Shown here piece after piece: positions 1 to 7,734 of a stretch of 39,912 nt of DNA. The first letter of the stretch is position 1. Every line of letters starts with the position of its first letter. The position numbers and the translations under genes were made by a program. The DNA lies in the IMG/VR virus record IMGVR_UViG_3300045988_152201; one strand, given 5' to 3'. This DNA comes from a virus. The notes beneath the pieces were generated by a model, which had not been told where the DNA came from, did no database searches, and saw only the letters and a list, made by a program, of their open reading frames with translations.

Positions 1-99
1 TAATATACTGTGATATCCCGTATATAAATACGGCTAAATATAAATATCCGTTTAATCATGATGAGTTTTATGATTGGTGCATGCTCCACAAAGGGCATA
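1..99. repeat. Left copy of a perfect 99-bp terminal inverted repeat (partner 39814..39912)
   Basis: Bases 1..99 are the exact reverse complement of 39814..39912. Identity breaks at base 100 (c versus t). AT-rich, with internal hairpins ccgtat/atacgg (18..33) and aatcat/atgatt (54..75). Confidence 0.95.
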
Positions 100-581
100 C
101 AGCATGACTCGTATTTTCGCCGATACTCATCCAAGTGCAGATTTATATCATTTGGACTCCCATCTGTTTTAATGCCCATCCTATCAAAAAAGGATAAGTC
201 CCCAAATGCCCTTGCATGGTGCAGCGCACGCATCCACGGCTCTATGTACTGCCCGTACAAATATTGCTTCGCATTGTTTCCAAAAGACCAGCACAGAGCC
301 ACGTAGGGGTCAGTGTCCTTCAGCCGTAAGAAATCCTCACGGCTTATCCATCGTTTCTCGTCCTTGTATTTACCGTCAATTGCGTCCCGAAACAACGTTA
401 CCGGACGGAAATCCAAATCATTCACATAGACGTTCTTGTACTTCCCGGAGAGTATGGCAGCGTGCGCCACTGCACAGCCTCCTGCGAACAAGTCGTAAAA
501 ATTCTCCGCTTCCGGGAGGAACTTCACGATGTCCTCCGCTATACTATTCTTTGATCCCATGTATGGTACTCCGTAATTCAT
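1..581 (-). CDS. N6-adenine DNA methyltransferase, D12/Dam class, truncated at the window edge
   Basis: Minus-strand frame is open from the ATG at 581..579 to base 3 with no stop. It is missing from the ORF track because it is open-ended. The N-terminus MNYGVPYMGSKNSIAEDIVKFLPEAENFYDLFAGGCAV carries the Y-x-GSK and F-x-G-x-G AdoMet motifs of D12-class MTases. No DPPY catalytic motif appears before the edge. Confidence 0.7.
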   Translation of the reverse strand, partial: MNYGVPYMGSKNSIAEDIVKFLPEAENFYDLFAGGCAVAHAAILSGKYKNVYVNDLDFRPVTLFRDAIDGKYKDEKRWISREDFLRLKDTDPYVALCWSFGNNAKQYLYGQYIEPWMRALHHARAFGDLSFFDRMGIKTDGSPNDINLHLDEYRRKYESCCMPFVEHAPIIKLIMIKRIFIFSRIYIRDITVY

Positions 582-597
582 TTTTTTATTGTTTATG

Positions 598-765
598 TTA
601 TTCTTTACCCCCCGGCAGTTCTATCTCCGAGCATCTGACTCTTTTCGCATGGCCTATGATAGCGACATGCTCCCTCCGCTCAATATCCACCACCTTGAGG
701 GTCTTCCCTTTATACCGGATTTCGCTTCCGACCCTTACTTTCTCATCAAAATCTTTTATCGTCAT
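598..765 (-). CDS. Small hypothetical protein (55 aa)
   Basis: Hand-translated ORF MTIKDFDEKVRVGSEIRYKGKTLKVVDIERREHVAIIGHAKRVRCSEIELPGGKE. The ATG lies 4 nt after the terL stop and the stop lies 16 nt before the methylase ATG. It is below the ORF-track size cut-off. Confidence 0.4.
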   Translation of the reverse strand: MTIKDFDEKVRVGSEIRYKGKTLKVVDIERREHVAIIGHAKRVRCSEIELPGGKE

Positions 766-769
766 TGCC

Positions 770-2458
770 TCAAAGTTTGATATAAGACGGACCTATGTCC
801 GCAAACCCGTCTATGTCGGTTGACATATATGCACCGTATGCGTTTGCCATTGCCACGCACCCGTCTATCTTTTCCGTGCTGCGCTTTTTGTCCATTTTGA
901 TGTTGTCATTCGCATCTCGGTAAATGACCACATTGCTAAACATCCACCGGATGACCGGGTTGCGCATCAAGTCCACTTTGCCGGACGACACGTCCGCTTC
1001 TATCTTCTTCGCCGGCTCGCTCATGTTTTGGATGCCCTGCGAAAACTCGTCCAATATGTCGTCAAAGCCCTCCTTTTGCAGTCCTTGTATGACACCGTGA
1101 TAAGCTTTCGCCGGGTCAAACGCAAGGCTTTGCACATCGTATTTCCGCAAGATCTTGGCCAAGTCAGCCACCATCTCGTCAATGTCTATCACGTTGCCGT
1201 TGGTGACACGGATGTAGCCGTCCTTCTGCCATTGCCTGTAATCCACATGGTCTTCTTTTTCCTTCACCTTGTCTTCCGGGATCCAAAAGAAAAACAGGCA
1301 ACAAGGTATTTCCCGCTCCGGGAAATAGAGGCAAAGGGCATTGATGTCCACGTGCGAGGCAAGGTCCAAACCCGCATAGCAGGTATCGCCCTCCAGCTCT
1401 TCGACCGTAGTGCCGTAATCGCACTTGCCGACCAGTTCGTCACGGATCCAAACGTCAGGAGCGTCCACCCACAGGTTCAAATTCTTTGTTTTAAAGTTCA
1501 CCTCTGTCGTGCTCCCTTTGTTGATGGCTGCCTCAAATTCCATCCGCATATATTCCTCGTACACGGACACGCCCAGGTTCGGGGATGCCTTCTTCCAAGT
1601 CGCCTCGTCTTTCCAATCGTCATCCTTGTCGGGGCAAAAAATCAAGACGAATGTGCTGTTGTCCTTTTTAATCCCCTTGAGGATGTCGACATAGAATCTC
1701 CGCATCTGGTAATAAGGGGAGTTCATGTCGAACCCTGCCGTGGTGATGGAAAATATCAGAGGCTGGCGGCGTGCGCCCATGCCTGAGCGTATCAGGTTGT
1801 AAAGGTCATCCGTTGACCAAGCGTGCATCTCGTCGCAGATGGCGAAGTGCGGGTTCAGCCCATCCTTGTTCCTCGTCTCCTTTGACAGGGGCTTGTAAAA
1901 GGATGCCGCCTTGTCGTAGGCGATGGAAGTAGTCCACACCGTCAGCATCTTTTGCAATACCGGGGACTGCTCCACCATCCGGCAAGCCGCCCGCCAGCAA
2001 ATAGCCGCTTGATCCTTGTCCACGGCAGCTGAAAAGACCTGGGCCCCCAGTTCCCCGTCAGCGACCAGACCGTAAAGGGCTATGATTGCGCCCAGCATGG
2101 TCTTGCCGTTTTTCCTGGGCACTTCGACCGCTGCGTATTTGTACCGCCTTATGCCGCCTTTGGTCTTCCATCCGAAAACAGACCAGAGTATAAAGCATTG
2201 CCATCCCTCCGGGATAAACTCCTGCCCAGCCCACTCGCCTTGGTAGTGCTTGATGACTTGACAAAAAGCCAAAGCCTTTTTACCTGCCTTTTCGTCAAAA
2301 TAGATCCCAAGCTCCATGGCGTGTTCCAAGTCCGACACATGCCTTTGGACGGCAAGCCGCTCCAGCTCCCCGGCATTGCGGCTACCGGACAGCACGCTGT
2401 CTATGTAGTCGAGGGCTTTCTTTTTGTATATCTCCTCCTTGCGCCTCATGTCCGTCAA
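770..2458 (-). CDS. terL: Terminase large subunit
   Basis: 562 aa with a Walker-A-like VPRKNGKT. The length and layout are typical of Terminase_1-type TerL, and it lies downstream of a P27-type small subunit. Confidence 0.9.
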   Translation of the reverse strand: MTDMRRKEEIYKKKALDYIDSVLSGSRNAGELERLAVQRHVSDLEHAMELGIYFDEKAGKKALAFCQVIKHYQGEWAGQEFIPEGWQCFILWSVFGWKTKGGIRRYKYAAVEVPRKNGKTMLGAIIALYGLVADGELGAQVFSAAVDKDQAAICWRAACRMVEQSPVLQKMLTVWTTSIAYDKAASFYKPLSKETRNKDGLNPHFAICDEMHAWSTDDLYNLIRSGMGARRQPLIFSITTAGFDMNSPYYQMRRFYVDILKGIKKDNSTFVLIFCPDKDDDWKDEATWKKASPNLGVSVYEEYMRMEFEAAINKGSTTEVNFKTKNLNLWVDAPDVWIRDELVGKCDYGTTVEELEGDTCYAGLDLASHVDINALCLYFPEREIPCCLFFFWIPEDKVKEKEDHVDYRQWQKDGYIRVTNGNVIDIDEMVADLAKILRKYDVQSLAFDPAKAYHGVIQGLQKEGFDDILDEFSQGIQNMSEPAKKIEADVSSGKVDLMRNPVIRWMFSNVVIYRDANDNIKMDKKRSTEKIDGCVAMANAYGAYMSTDIDGFADIGPSYIKL

Positions 2459-2835
2459 AATGGCAAATCCGACATCTCTTCAATCACTTTCCCGACCTTC
2501 TTGACCTCCGACGCCGCATTCTTTGGCTCGTAAGGTTTCAAGTTGCCGAAATAGGGGATTTTCTTCATGTCCTCCTCGCCCATGAGCTGCCGGACTTCCT
2601 TCGGGTAATTTTGCTTGATGGAGTGCGTGTCCCCAAATTGTGACAGCTGCCGGTTTTCCCATGCCATAAAATCGACATAGACTCCTTTGGCGTTGCCCTT
2701 GTCGTCGGCAGACACAAACAGGCAGTTGTCGTCTATCGGGATGAAAACGCCCCTTTTCTTCATCGTTTTCCCCTGCACGTCTATGACGCATGCGCTCTTA
2801 AACCTGAGCAGGTTTATTTTCCCTGTAAAATTCAT
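2455..2835 (-). CDS. Hypothetical protein with an SSB-like acidic C-terminal tip (…EEMSDLPF)
   Basis: 126-aa ORF between terS and terL, with a 4-nt overlap onto terL. The C-terminus ends in D-L-P-F, resembling the D-[IL]-P-F protein-interaction tip of bacterial and phage SSBs. The OB fold was not verified. Confidence 0.4.
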   Translation of the reverse strand: MNFTGKINLLRFKSACVIDVQGKTMKKRGVFIPIDDNCLFVSADDKGNAKGVYVDFMAWENRQLSQFGDTHSIKQNYPKEVRQLMGEEDMKKIPYFGNLKPYEPKNAASEVKKVGKVIEEMSDLPF

Positions 2836-2847
2836 AACCGTTTTTTT

Positions 2848-3363
2848 TTATTTGATTCCTCTGAAAATTTCATCCAATTCGTCTTTCTCCTCGACCATGG
2901 GCTGGCTGATCCTCTGCCTTGACACCGGAGTAAAACCAAATTCAGCCCCGATCCTGTTAACCTGCTCGACCATCTGCCTGTATAACGCAATCTCCGGTGG
3001 AGCGATATACCCGACCAAATTGCCGTCCTTGTCAAACCTCTCCAACGCCGGTTTCCTCATGCCCTCGAGGCAGGAGAACAACACGTCCAAGCTGTTTGCG
3101 TAAACCGCAAGGTGTTCCAAGTCGAGCTCCGTCAAAACCTGCAAGCCTATCAGCTGGTTCGCCTTCGTTTTGAAAATTTCCTTTGCCCGCTTCGTGGGTA
3201 GGAGCTTCATCCGGCTGCATGACATGATTTGCCGGACGTTCCCGATCTTGTCCACACCGTCATCTCCGGACATCCGGCACGGCTGGTCGGTCCCGCGCAT
3301 CACCTTTACCGCATCCGGCAGCGGCTTACGCCCCCTGCCCATGGCAAACCTCCAATTTTGCAC
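2848..3363 (-). CDS. terS: Terminase small subunit, P27 family
   Basis: 171 aa. The N-terminus MGRGRKPLPDAVKVMRGT is characteristic of P27-family small terminase subunits, and the gene sits upstream of terL. Confidence 0.8.
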   Translation of the reverse strand: MQNWRFAMGRGRKPLPDAVKVMRGTDQPCRMSGDDGVDKIGNVRQIMSCSRMKLLPTKRAKEIFKTKANQLIGLQVLTELDLEHLAVYANSLDVLFSCLEGMRKPALERFDKDGNLVGYIAPPEIALYRQMVEQVNRIGAEFGFTPVSRQRISQPMVEEKDELDEIFRGIK

Positions 3364-3506
3364 GCACGGAAAGCGACCCGGGGCGTGGTTCGGCGGTCGA
3401 GCCGCACAGAGATTCAGACCCCCCTCCCCATGCGGTGTCCCGGATGTGTGCGTTTTTTAATCTATTTTCATTCATAAACATTTATTAACTGTATATTAAT
3501 ATTATG

Positions 3507-4475
3507 CTAATAGCTCCGTCGCTGCTTTTTGTTCCGGATTGTGCCGTTTTTTGCATCTGCGGTCGAATCTAAGGCAATGACGGATATTGCCCTTACTGCA
3601 GGATTGACAAGCCTCATTTCATCGTCCAACGAGCGCAAATAGACCTCTGTCGTGCTCACGTTTTTGTGTCCCAGCATGACCTGCACCTCCCTGATGGGCA
3701 CTTTTGCCTTGATCGCCCTCACAGCCGCCGTGTGCCTCAGGCTGTGCGCAGTCTTTTTGGCCGAGTAGACCCCCGCCGCTTTCATTCGGTCCCTTATCAT
3801 CCGTCCGACCAGCAGGGGGGTCATCTCCCTCTCGCCCGTCTTGCCGTGCGTGCAAAAGGCCGGGAAATCCTCGCCGCCTACCCCTCTTGCGTCGAAGTAG
3901 TCGAGTATCGGCTGCAAGATTTCCGAAGTGACCCCGAAGCTTGTCGTTTTGCGTGTCTCCCCTTTCCGCTGTATCTCCAGGTACTGGTAACGCTCGTCCA
4001 TGTGCACGTCCCCGACCGACAGCCTCGATATCTCCACGCACCGAAGCCCGGTGCAGAGCATGAGGTAGATGATGGCGTAATCCCTTAACCCTATCAGCTT
4101 GCTGCGGTCTATGCTCGACAGCAGTGCGACCACCTCGTCGTCCGTCAGATGCTCTTTGTAAAATCCTTTGTGCTTGCGCTTGTAACGGATGCCCAGCGCT
4201 ATGTTGTCGCCCTCACCCGAATCCTCGACGAACTGGTAAAAACGGCGGACTACCAACAGGTAAAAGTCCATCGTGCTTTCCGATTTTTTTGACCGCTCGA
4301 GGTAGGCCTTGTAGGCGAGGATATCCGCCCGCTTGAGCTGGTTGATGTCCTTCCCCTCGTAGACAATCCACTTTTTAAACTGCGTCAAAGCCCATCCGTA
4401 CTCCTTTTTGCTCAGGGCTTTGATGTCCAAGTTTTCAAAAAAAGACCGTTCGACTTCGCTGAATAACCGCTTCAT
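3507..4475 (-). CDS. Tyrosine recombinase, XerC/XerD-like (second recombinase of the element)
   Basis: 322 aa. Catalytic signature: CTGLRCVE (Arg I), HSLRHTAA (H-x-x-R) and LGHKNVSTTEVY (His/Tyr). The start overlaps the HNH stop by 4 nt. Confidence 0.85.
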   Translation of the reverse strand: MKRLFSEVERSFFENLDIKALSKKEYGWALTQFKKWIVYEGKDINQLKRADILAYKAYLERSKKSESTMDFYLLVVRRFYQFVEDSGEGDNIALGIRYKRKHKGFYKEHLTDDEVVALLSSIDRSKLIGLRDYAIIYLMLCTGLRCVEISRLSVGDVHMDERYQYLEIQRKGETRKTTSFGVTSEILQPILDYFDARGVGGEDFPAFCTHGKTGEREMTPLLVGRMIRDRMKAAGVYSAKKTAHSLRHTAAVRAIKAKVPIREVQVMLGHKNVSTTEVYLRSLDDEMRLVNPAVRAISVIALDSTADAKNGTIRNKKQRRSY

Positions 4476-4813
4476 GGTTGATATTTCTCCTTGCCTTGTA
4501 TGTATTTTTTATCCCTGTTCCCCTTTGCTATGTTACAGGACTGGCACAGGGCTTGCCAGTTGCCCTCGTCCCAAAAATCCTTGCAAATGGCTACCGGGAC
4601 GATATGGTCAACCACCTTGGAGGGCGTGTAGATGCCTTTCCGCAAGCACTCCTCGCAAAGGGGGTGCTCCGCACGGAAGGCTGCGCTCGCCTTGTGCCAC
4701 CGGTTGGTGTGGTAGCGGCTGTCCGACTTTGGACGCTGCCTCGGCTTGGACGGGTCCACACCGGCATTCATCCCGTACATCCTTATCCTCTTTTTTTTGG
4801 GTTTAGTCGTCAT
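4472..4813 (-). CDS. HNH endonuclease
   Basis: 113 aa with HPLCEEC…VVDHIVPV…NWQALCQSCNIAKG, matching the Cys/His-Asn-His pattern. It lies upstream of the terminase genes, as in HK97-like cos phages. Confidence 0.85.
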   Translation of the reverse strand: MTTKPKKKRIRMYGMNAGVDPSKPRQRPKSDSRYHTNRWHKASAAFRAEHPLCEECLRKGIYTPSKVVDHIVPVAICKDFWDEGNWQALCQSCNIAKGNRDKKYIQGKEKYQP

Positions 4814-4828
4814 ATCTGTCCTCCTGCG

Positions 4829-6253
4829 TTAAAATGGCACCTCGCCCTTATCCACCGCCCTCTGCACATCCCCGATGCAGGTCAGCGACTCGTTGTAGGC
4901 AAATTCGACTTTGCCCGTCCTGCCGTCCCTCTGCTTGGCTATGTTGATGATGCCGACCCCCTTGATGGCGTCCTCGTCTTTGTAGTACTCGGGGCGATGC
5001 AGCAACAGCACCACGTCCGCATCCTGCTCGATAGCCCCGGATTCCCTCAAGTCCGCCATGCCCGGAAGGTCCGGGCTGAGCTGCCCCCTCGCTTTGGCCT
5101 TTGACTCGATATTGCGGTTGAGCTGCGACAGCAGGACGACCGGCACTTGCAGGTCTTTTGCCAACCGCTTCAGCAGGCGTGTCGTCCTCGATATCTCCTG
5201 CTCCCGGTTGTATTGCCTGTTGTCCCCCCTCATGTCCATCAGCTGGAGGTAGTCTATCATGACCACGTCCAACCCCTGCCGCCTTTTGAGGTTAAGGCAG
5301 CGGACTTTGAGCTGCTGCATCGAGATGTTGGGCGTCTCGTCTATCACGATGGGCAACCGCCTTATCTCCCCTACTGCGTCCAAAACCTGCTCTTTTTGTC
5401 CCTGCGACAGGTAGCCTCCCCGGTATGCCGCCGTGTCCATGCCCGGGCAACAGGACAATATCAGCCTGTTAGCCAACGAGACGTTGCTCATCTCGAGTGA
5501 GAAGATACAGACCCGTTTGCCCGACTGCGCCATGTTTTTGGCAAAGCTCAGCATCACGCTCGTCTTGCCCATTGCAGGACGTGCGCCCAACACGACCAGA
5601 TCGCCCGGCTTAAACCCTGCCACGTACTTGTCCAGCACCCTTAGCCCGGTCATGATGCCGTATGTCCTGCCCTCCGCCCTTAGCCGCTCCTTTTCGGAGT
5701 ACTGCTCGAGGGCTTTGTTGGTCGCCTCCTCCATGCCTACAGCCGGGTTATCGTAGTCCATCTCGTTAGCCACCGCCTCGATAATCTTGATCGACGACGA
5801 GACCTGGTCGCTCACGTCCTGCGTCAAGTCCCCGGCTATGTCACGTATCTGCCCGCCCGCTTGCATCAAGGCACGCTGCGTGTGGCATTGCCGGACGTAT
5901 AGCGCATGATCCTCGAGGTTGGCGGTGGATGCCACCTTGGAGGCAAGCTGGCTTATGCCGTACATGCCCCCCGCCTTTTCGAGGTCGCCCGATTTTAACA
6001 GCGACTCGCACACCCGGAGCATGTCCGGTTTGCCCCCGTCCGTCCAAATGCCGTAGACGGCTTTGTAGATTGCCGACATCGCAGGGTCGTAAAAATGACC
6101 CGGCTTGAGGATGCCGGAGATCCTCACGATAGCCTCTGACTCGAGCAGCACCGCACCGCAGACCATCCTCTCTGCCGCCTTGACCTGCTCCAGCCGCCTA
6201 TCTAAGGCAATCGTCGTAGATTGACCCTTGTTTGTTGACCTGTTGTTTGCCAT
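4829..6253 (-). CDS. dnaB: Replicative DNA helicase DnaB
   Basis: 474 aa with Walker A GARPAMGKTS, DYLQLM, SQLNR, and an N-terminal AAERMVCGAVLLE motif. Confidence 0.92.
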   Translation of the reverse strand: MANNRSTNKGQSTTIALDRRLEQVKAAERMVCGAVLLESEAIVRISGILKPGHFYDPAMSAIYKAVYGIWTDGGKPDMLRVCESLLKSGDLEKAGGMYGISQLASKVASTANLEDHALYVRQCHTQRALMQAGGQIRDIAGDLTQDVSDQVSSSIKIIEAVANEMDYDNPAVGMEEATNKALEQYSEKERLRAEGRTYGIMTGLRVLDKYVAGFKPGDLVVLGARPAMGKTSVMLSFAKNMAQSGKRVCIFSLEMSNVSLANRLILSCCPGMDTAAYRGGYLSQGQKEQVLDAVGEIRRLPIVIDETPNISMQQLKVRCLNLKRRQGLDVVMIDYLQLMDMRGDNRQYNREQEISRTTRLLKRLAKDLQVPVVLLSQLNRNIESKAKARGQLSPDLPGMADLRESGAIEQDADVVLLLHRPEYYKDEDAIKGVGIINIAKQRDGRTGKVEFAYNESLTCIGDVQRAVDKGEVPF

Positions 6254-7028
6254 TTGCCCGTCCTCCTTGTTTGCGGTATTGCCATGTCACGACTGCCTGT
6301 TTCCACCTCACCATCGGGCTGCGCCCTACCTTCCATCCTTTGCTCTCGTAAAAGGCCACGAAAGCGGCGGCATCGACATCGAATTTTTTTTTCTCGATAT
6401 AGGCTGCAACCTCCTCGATTGTTGGCTTTACGAAACAGGTGTTTCCCCCCCCTGCACCCCCCTTTATATTATATATATTATTATTATTATTATATATATT
6501 ATTATATATATAGGGCGAAACAGGTGTTTCGCTGTTTTCCGAATTTGTAAAAACCTGATTATCAGGTTTTAATGCTATAGCATTGCTTGAGCATTGCTTT
6601 AGCATTGCTATAGCATTGCTTGAGCATTCCCCAGCCCCATTTTCTTCCGTTTTTCCCGCCTTGTCCCACCTTTTTTTAGCAGCTTCCAAAGCCCTGTTTT
6701 TCCGGGATTCGGCTGCACTTTCTATCGCCTCCATCCTCCTGTTTAAGGACTCGGAGAAGAACATACGGCCGTCCAAAATGGTGAACAACCCGTAGCTGCC
6801 TATGACGGTCTTAAGCTTTGCCTCCGTCACGTTGTACCGTTGCGCCAAAGCCGGGATCATGGAGACCGGAAGGCTGTAGCCCTCCTGCCGTCTCAACGAC
6901 TCTATCAACGCCCAGAACATGCCGTAGCCCTCCATGCCCAGCTCGGACACGAGCATCATGCATTTAGGATCCTCGAGCGCATGTGCGTCATGGGTGAAAT
7001 AATCATTTGCCTTGTCCATTGCCGTCAT
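6198..7028 (-). CDS. Replication initiator / replisome organiser (DUF4373-like N-terminal domain)
   Basis: 276 aa. The N-terminus YFTHDAHALEDPKCMMLVSELGMEGYGMFWALIESL resembles the Lin1244/DUF4373 domain of phage replication proteins. A central low-complexity linker (SSNAIAMLKQCSSNAIAL…YIYNNIYNNNNNIYNIKGG) is encoded by DNA repeats. The gene lies directly upstream of dnaB. Confidence 0.7.
   Translation of the reverse strand: MTAMDKANDYFTHDAHALEDPKCMMLVSELGMEGYGMFWALIESLRRQEGYSLPVSMIPALAQRYNVTEAKLKTVIGSYGLFTILDGRMFFSESLNRRMEAIESAAESRKNRALEAAKKRWDKAGKTEENGAGECSSNAIAMLKQCSSNAIALKPDNQVFTNSENSETPVSPYIYNNIYNNNNNIYNIKGGAGGGNTCFVKPTIEEVAAYIEKKKFDVDAAAFVAFYESKGWKVGRSPMVRWKQAVVTWQYRKQGGRANGKQQVNKQGSIYDDCLR
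6431..6630. promoter_or_regulatory. Putative origin of replication embedded in the initiator gene
   Basis: A 50-bp pure A/T tract (6463..6512) is flanked by two identical 15-mers, cgaaacaggtgtttc (6431..6445 and 6516..6530, arms GAAACA/TGTTTC). Next to it are five AGCATTGCT iterons at an exact 11-bp period (6579, 6590, 6601, 6612, 6623). Confidence 0.5.
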
Positions 7029-7170
7029 TTTTTGGAGTAAAATAATCGCATTGCCTTTTGGCGTTGCCCACCTTTCCTACCATGAGGATTTTACACCTGC
7101 ATACGATGTTGACCCGTGGTCCAGCGTGTTCGCAGTCCACGCACCTTACTGTGTCTTTATTTGTTCCCAT
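7003..7170 (-). CDS. Small Cys-rich (zinc-ribbon-like) protein, 55 aa
   Basis: Hand-translated MGTNKDTVRCVDCEHAGPRVNIVCRCKILMVGKVGNAKRQCDYFTPKNDGNGQGK with CxxC…CxC…C. It overlaps the neighbouring genes by a few codons and is below the ORF-track cut-off. Confidence 0.35.
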   Translation of the reverse strand: MGTNKDTVRCVDCEHAGPRVNIVCRCKILMVGKVGNAKRQCDYFTPKNDGNGQGK

Positions 7171-7318
7171 GCGCCTGCTCCTTATTGATTTTATAGGCGG
7201 AAAAGGTGATTATCGCCAGCCCTGCCAAGTTGATTACAAAACCTGACATCTCTGCCGGGTCGTTTGCAGCCAGTACCAGCCCGAAGAAGAATAGTAATGT
7301 GTATAATACTGTTTTCAT
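7157..7318 (-). CDS. Small membrane protein, 53 aa
   Basis: Hand-translated MKTVLYTLLFFFGLVLAANDPAEMSGFVINLAGLAIITFSAYKINKEQAHGNK, with two hydrophobic segments. It lies 12 nt downstream of the 7330..7548 gene. Confidence 0.4.
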   Translation of the reverse strand: MKTVLYTLLFFFGLVLAANDPAEMSGFVINLAGLAIITFSAYKINKEQAHGNK

Positions 7319-7329
7319 GACTTTGATTT

Positions 7330-7548
7330 TTAACGGTTTACCCTTATAACTATGTGCCTTGCGAGATACCTGTCAAGGCTTTTTAACTCGTACCAAATCA
7401 TGTTTTTATGCCTTGCAAACGTCAGCTCTGCGTTTTCCCTCAGGGTACGCAGGTAATCCTCGCTGCACCCTAAATAACCCATGGCCTCGTCCTTGCTGAG
7501 CCACGTCTTTTTGACAGGCTCTACTTTGCCTACAATACGTGTTGCCAT
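7330..7548 (-). CDS. Helix-turn-helix DNA-binding protein, excisionase/MerR-like
   Basis: 72 aa. WLSKDEAMGYLGCSEDYLRTLRENAELTFARHKNMIWYELKSLDRYL fits the excisionase-family HTH pattern. Confidence 0.65.
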   Translation of the reverse strand: MATRIVGKVEPVKKTWLSKDEAMGYLGCSEDYLRTLRENAELTFARHKNMIWYELKSLDRYLARHIVIRVNR

Positions 7549-7578
7549 ATCGTCCTCCTTTTGTTTAATGTTAATTTG

Positions 7579-7661
7579 AGGATGCCGGGGAATCGAACCC
7601 CGCTCGTTCTGTCCCTGCTACCATTACAGGCTTAGGCATCCATTTTTGTGCCGCCTATCCT
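7579..7661 (-). tRNA. tRNA-like element 1 (irregular; isotype not assignable)
   Basis: On the minus strand: canonical T-arm CGGGG-TTCGATT-CCCCG, then GCATCCT. The acceptor partner is either GGATGCC (7635..7641; 62-nt form with no D-arm) or AGGATAG (7655..7661; 83-nt form with D-like stem GGCA/TGCC). The anticodon-like arm is CCTGT-AATGGTA-GCAGG (centre TGG, no U33). Confidence 0.4.
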
Positions 7662-7734
7662 CACGGACGGGAGGCACTGAAAGATGTGAGTTTAAAAACC
7701 AACTATATTTATGGAAAAAATATTGTACTGCACC

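Noticed and set aside
58-823. Plus-strand ORFs 58..306, 206..823 and 589..780 from the track
   Set aside because: Their products are low-complexity and P/R/S/C-rich. They lie antisense to a minus-strand frame with clear Dam-class motifs and to a well-spaced 55-aa ORF, so they are judged to be shadow ORFs.
6463-6512. 50-bp A/T microsatellite-like tract as an intergenic spacer or frameshifted pseudogene
   Set aside because: The initiator frame stays open through it (…PYIYNNIYNNNNNIYNIKGG…) and continues into a well-formed C-terminal domain. It is interpreted as an in-frame ori element rather than a gene break.
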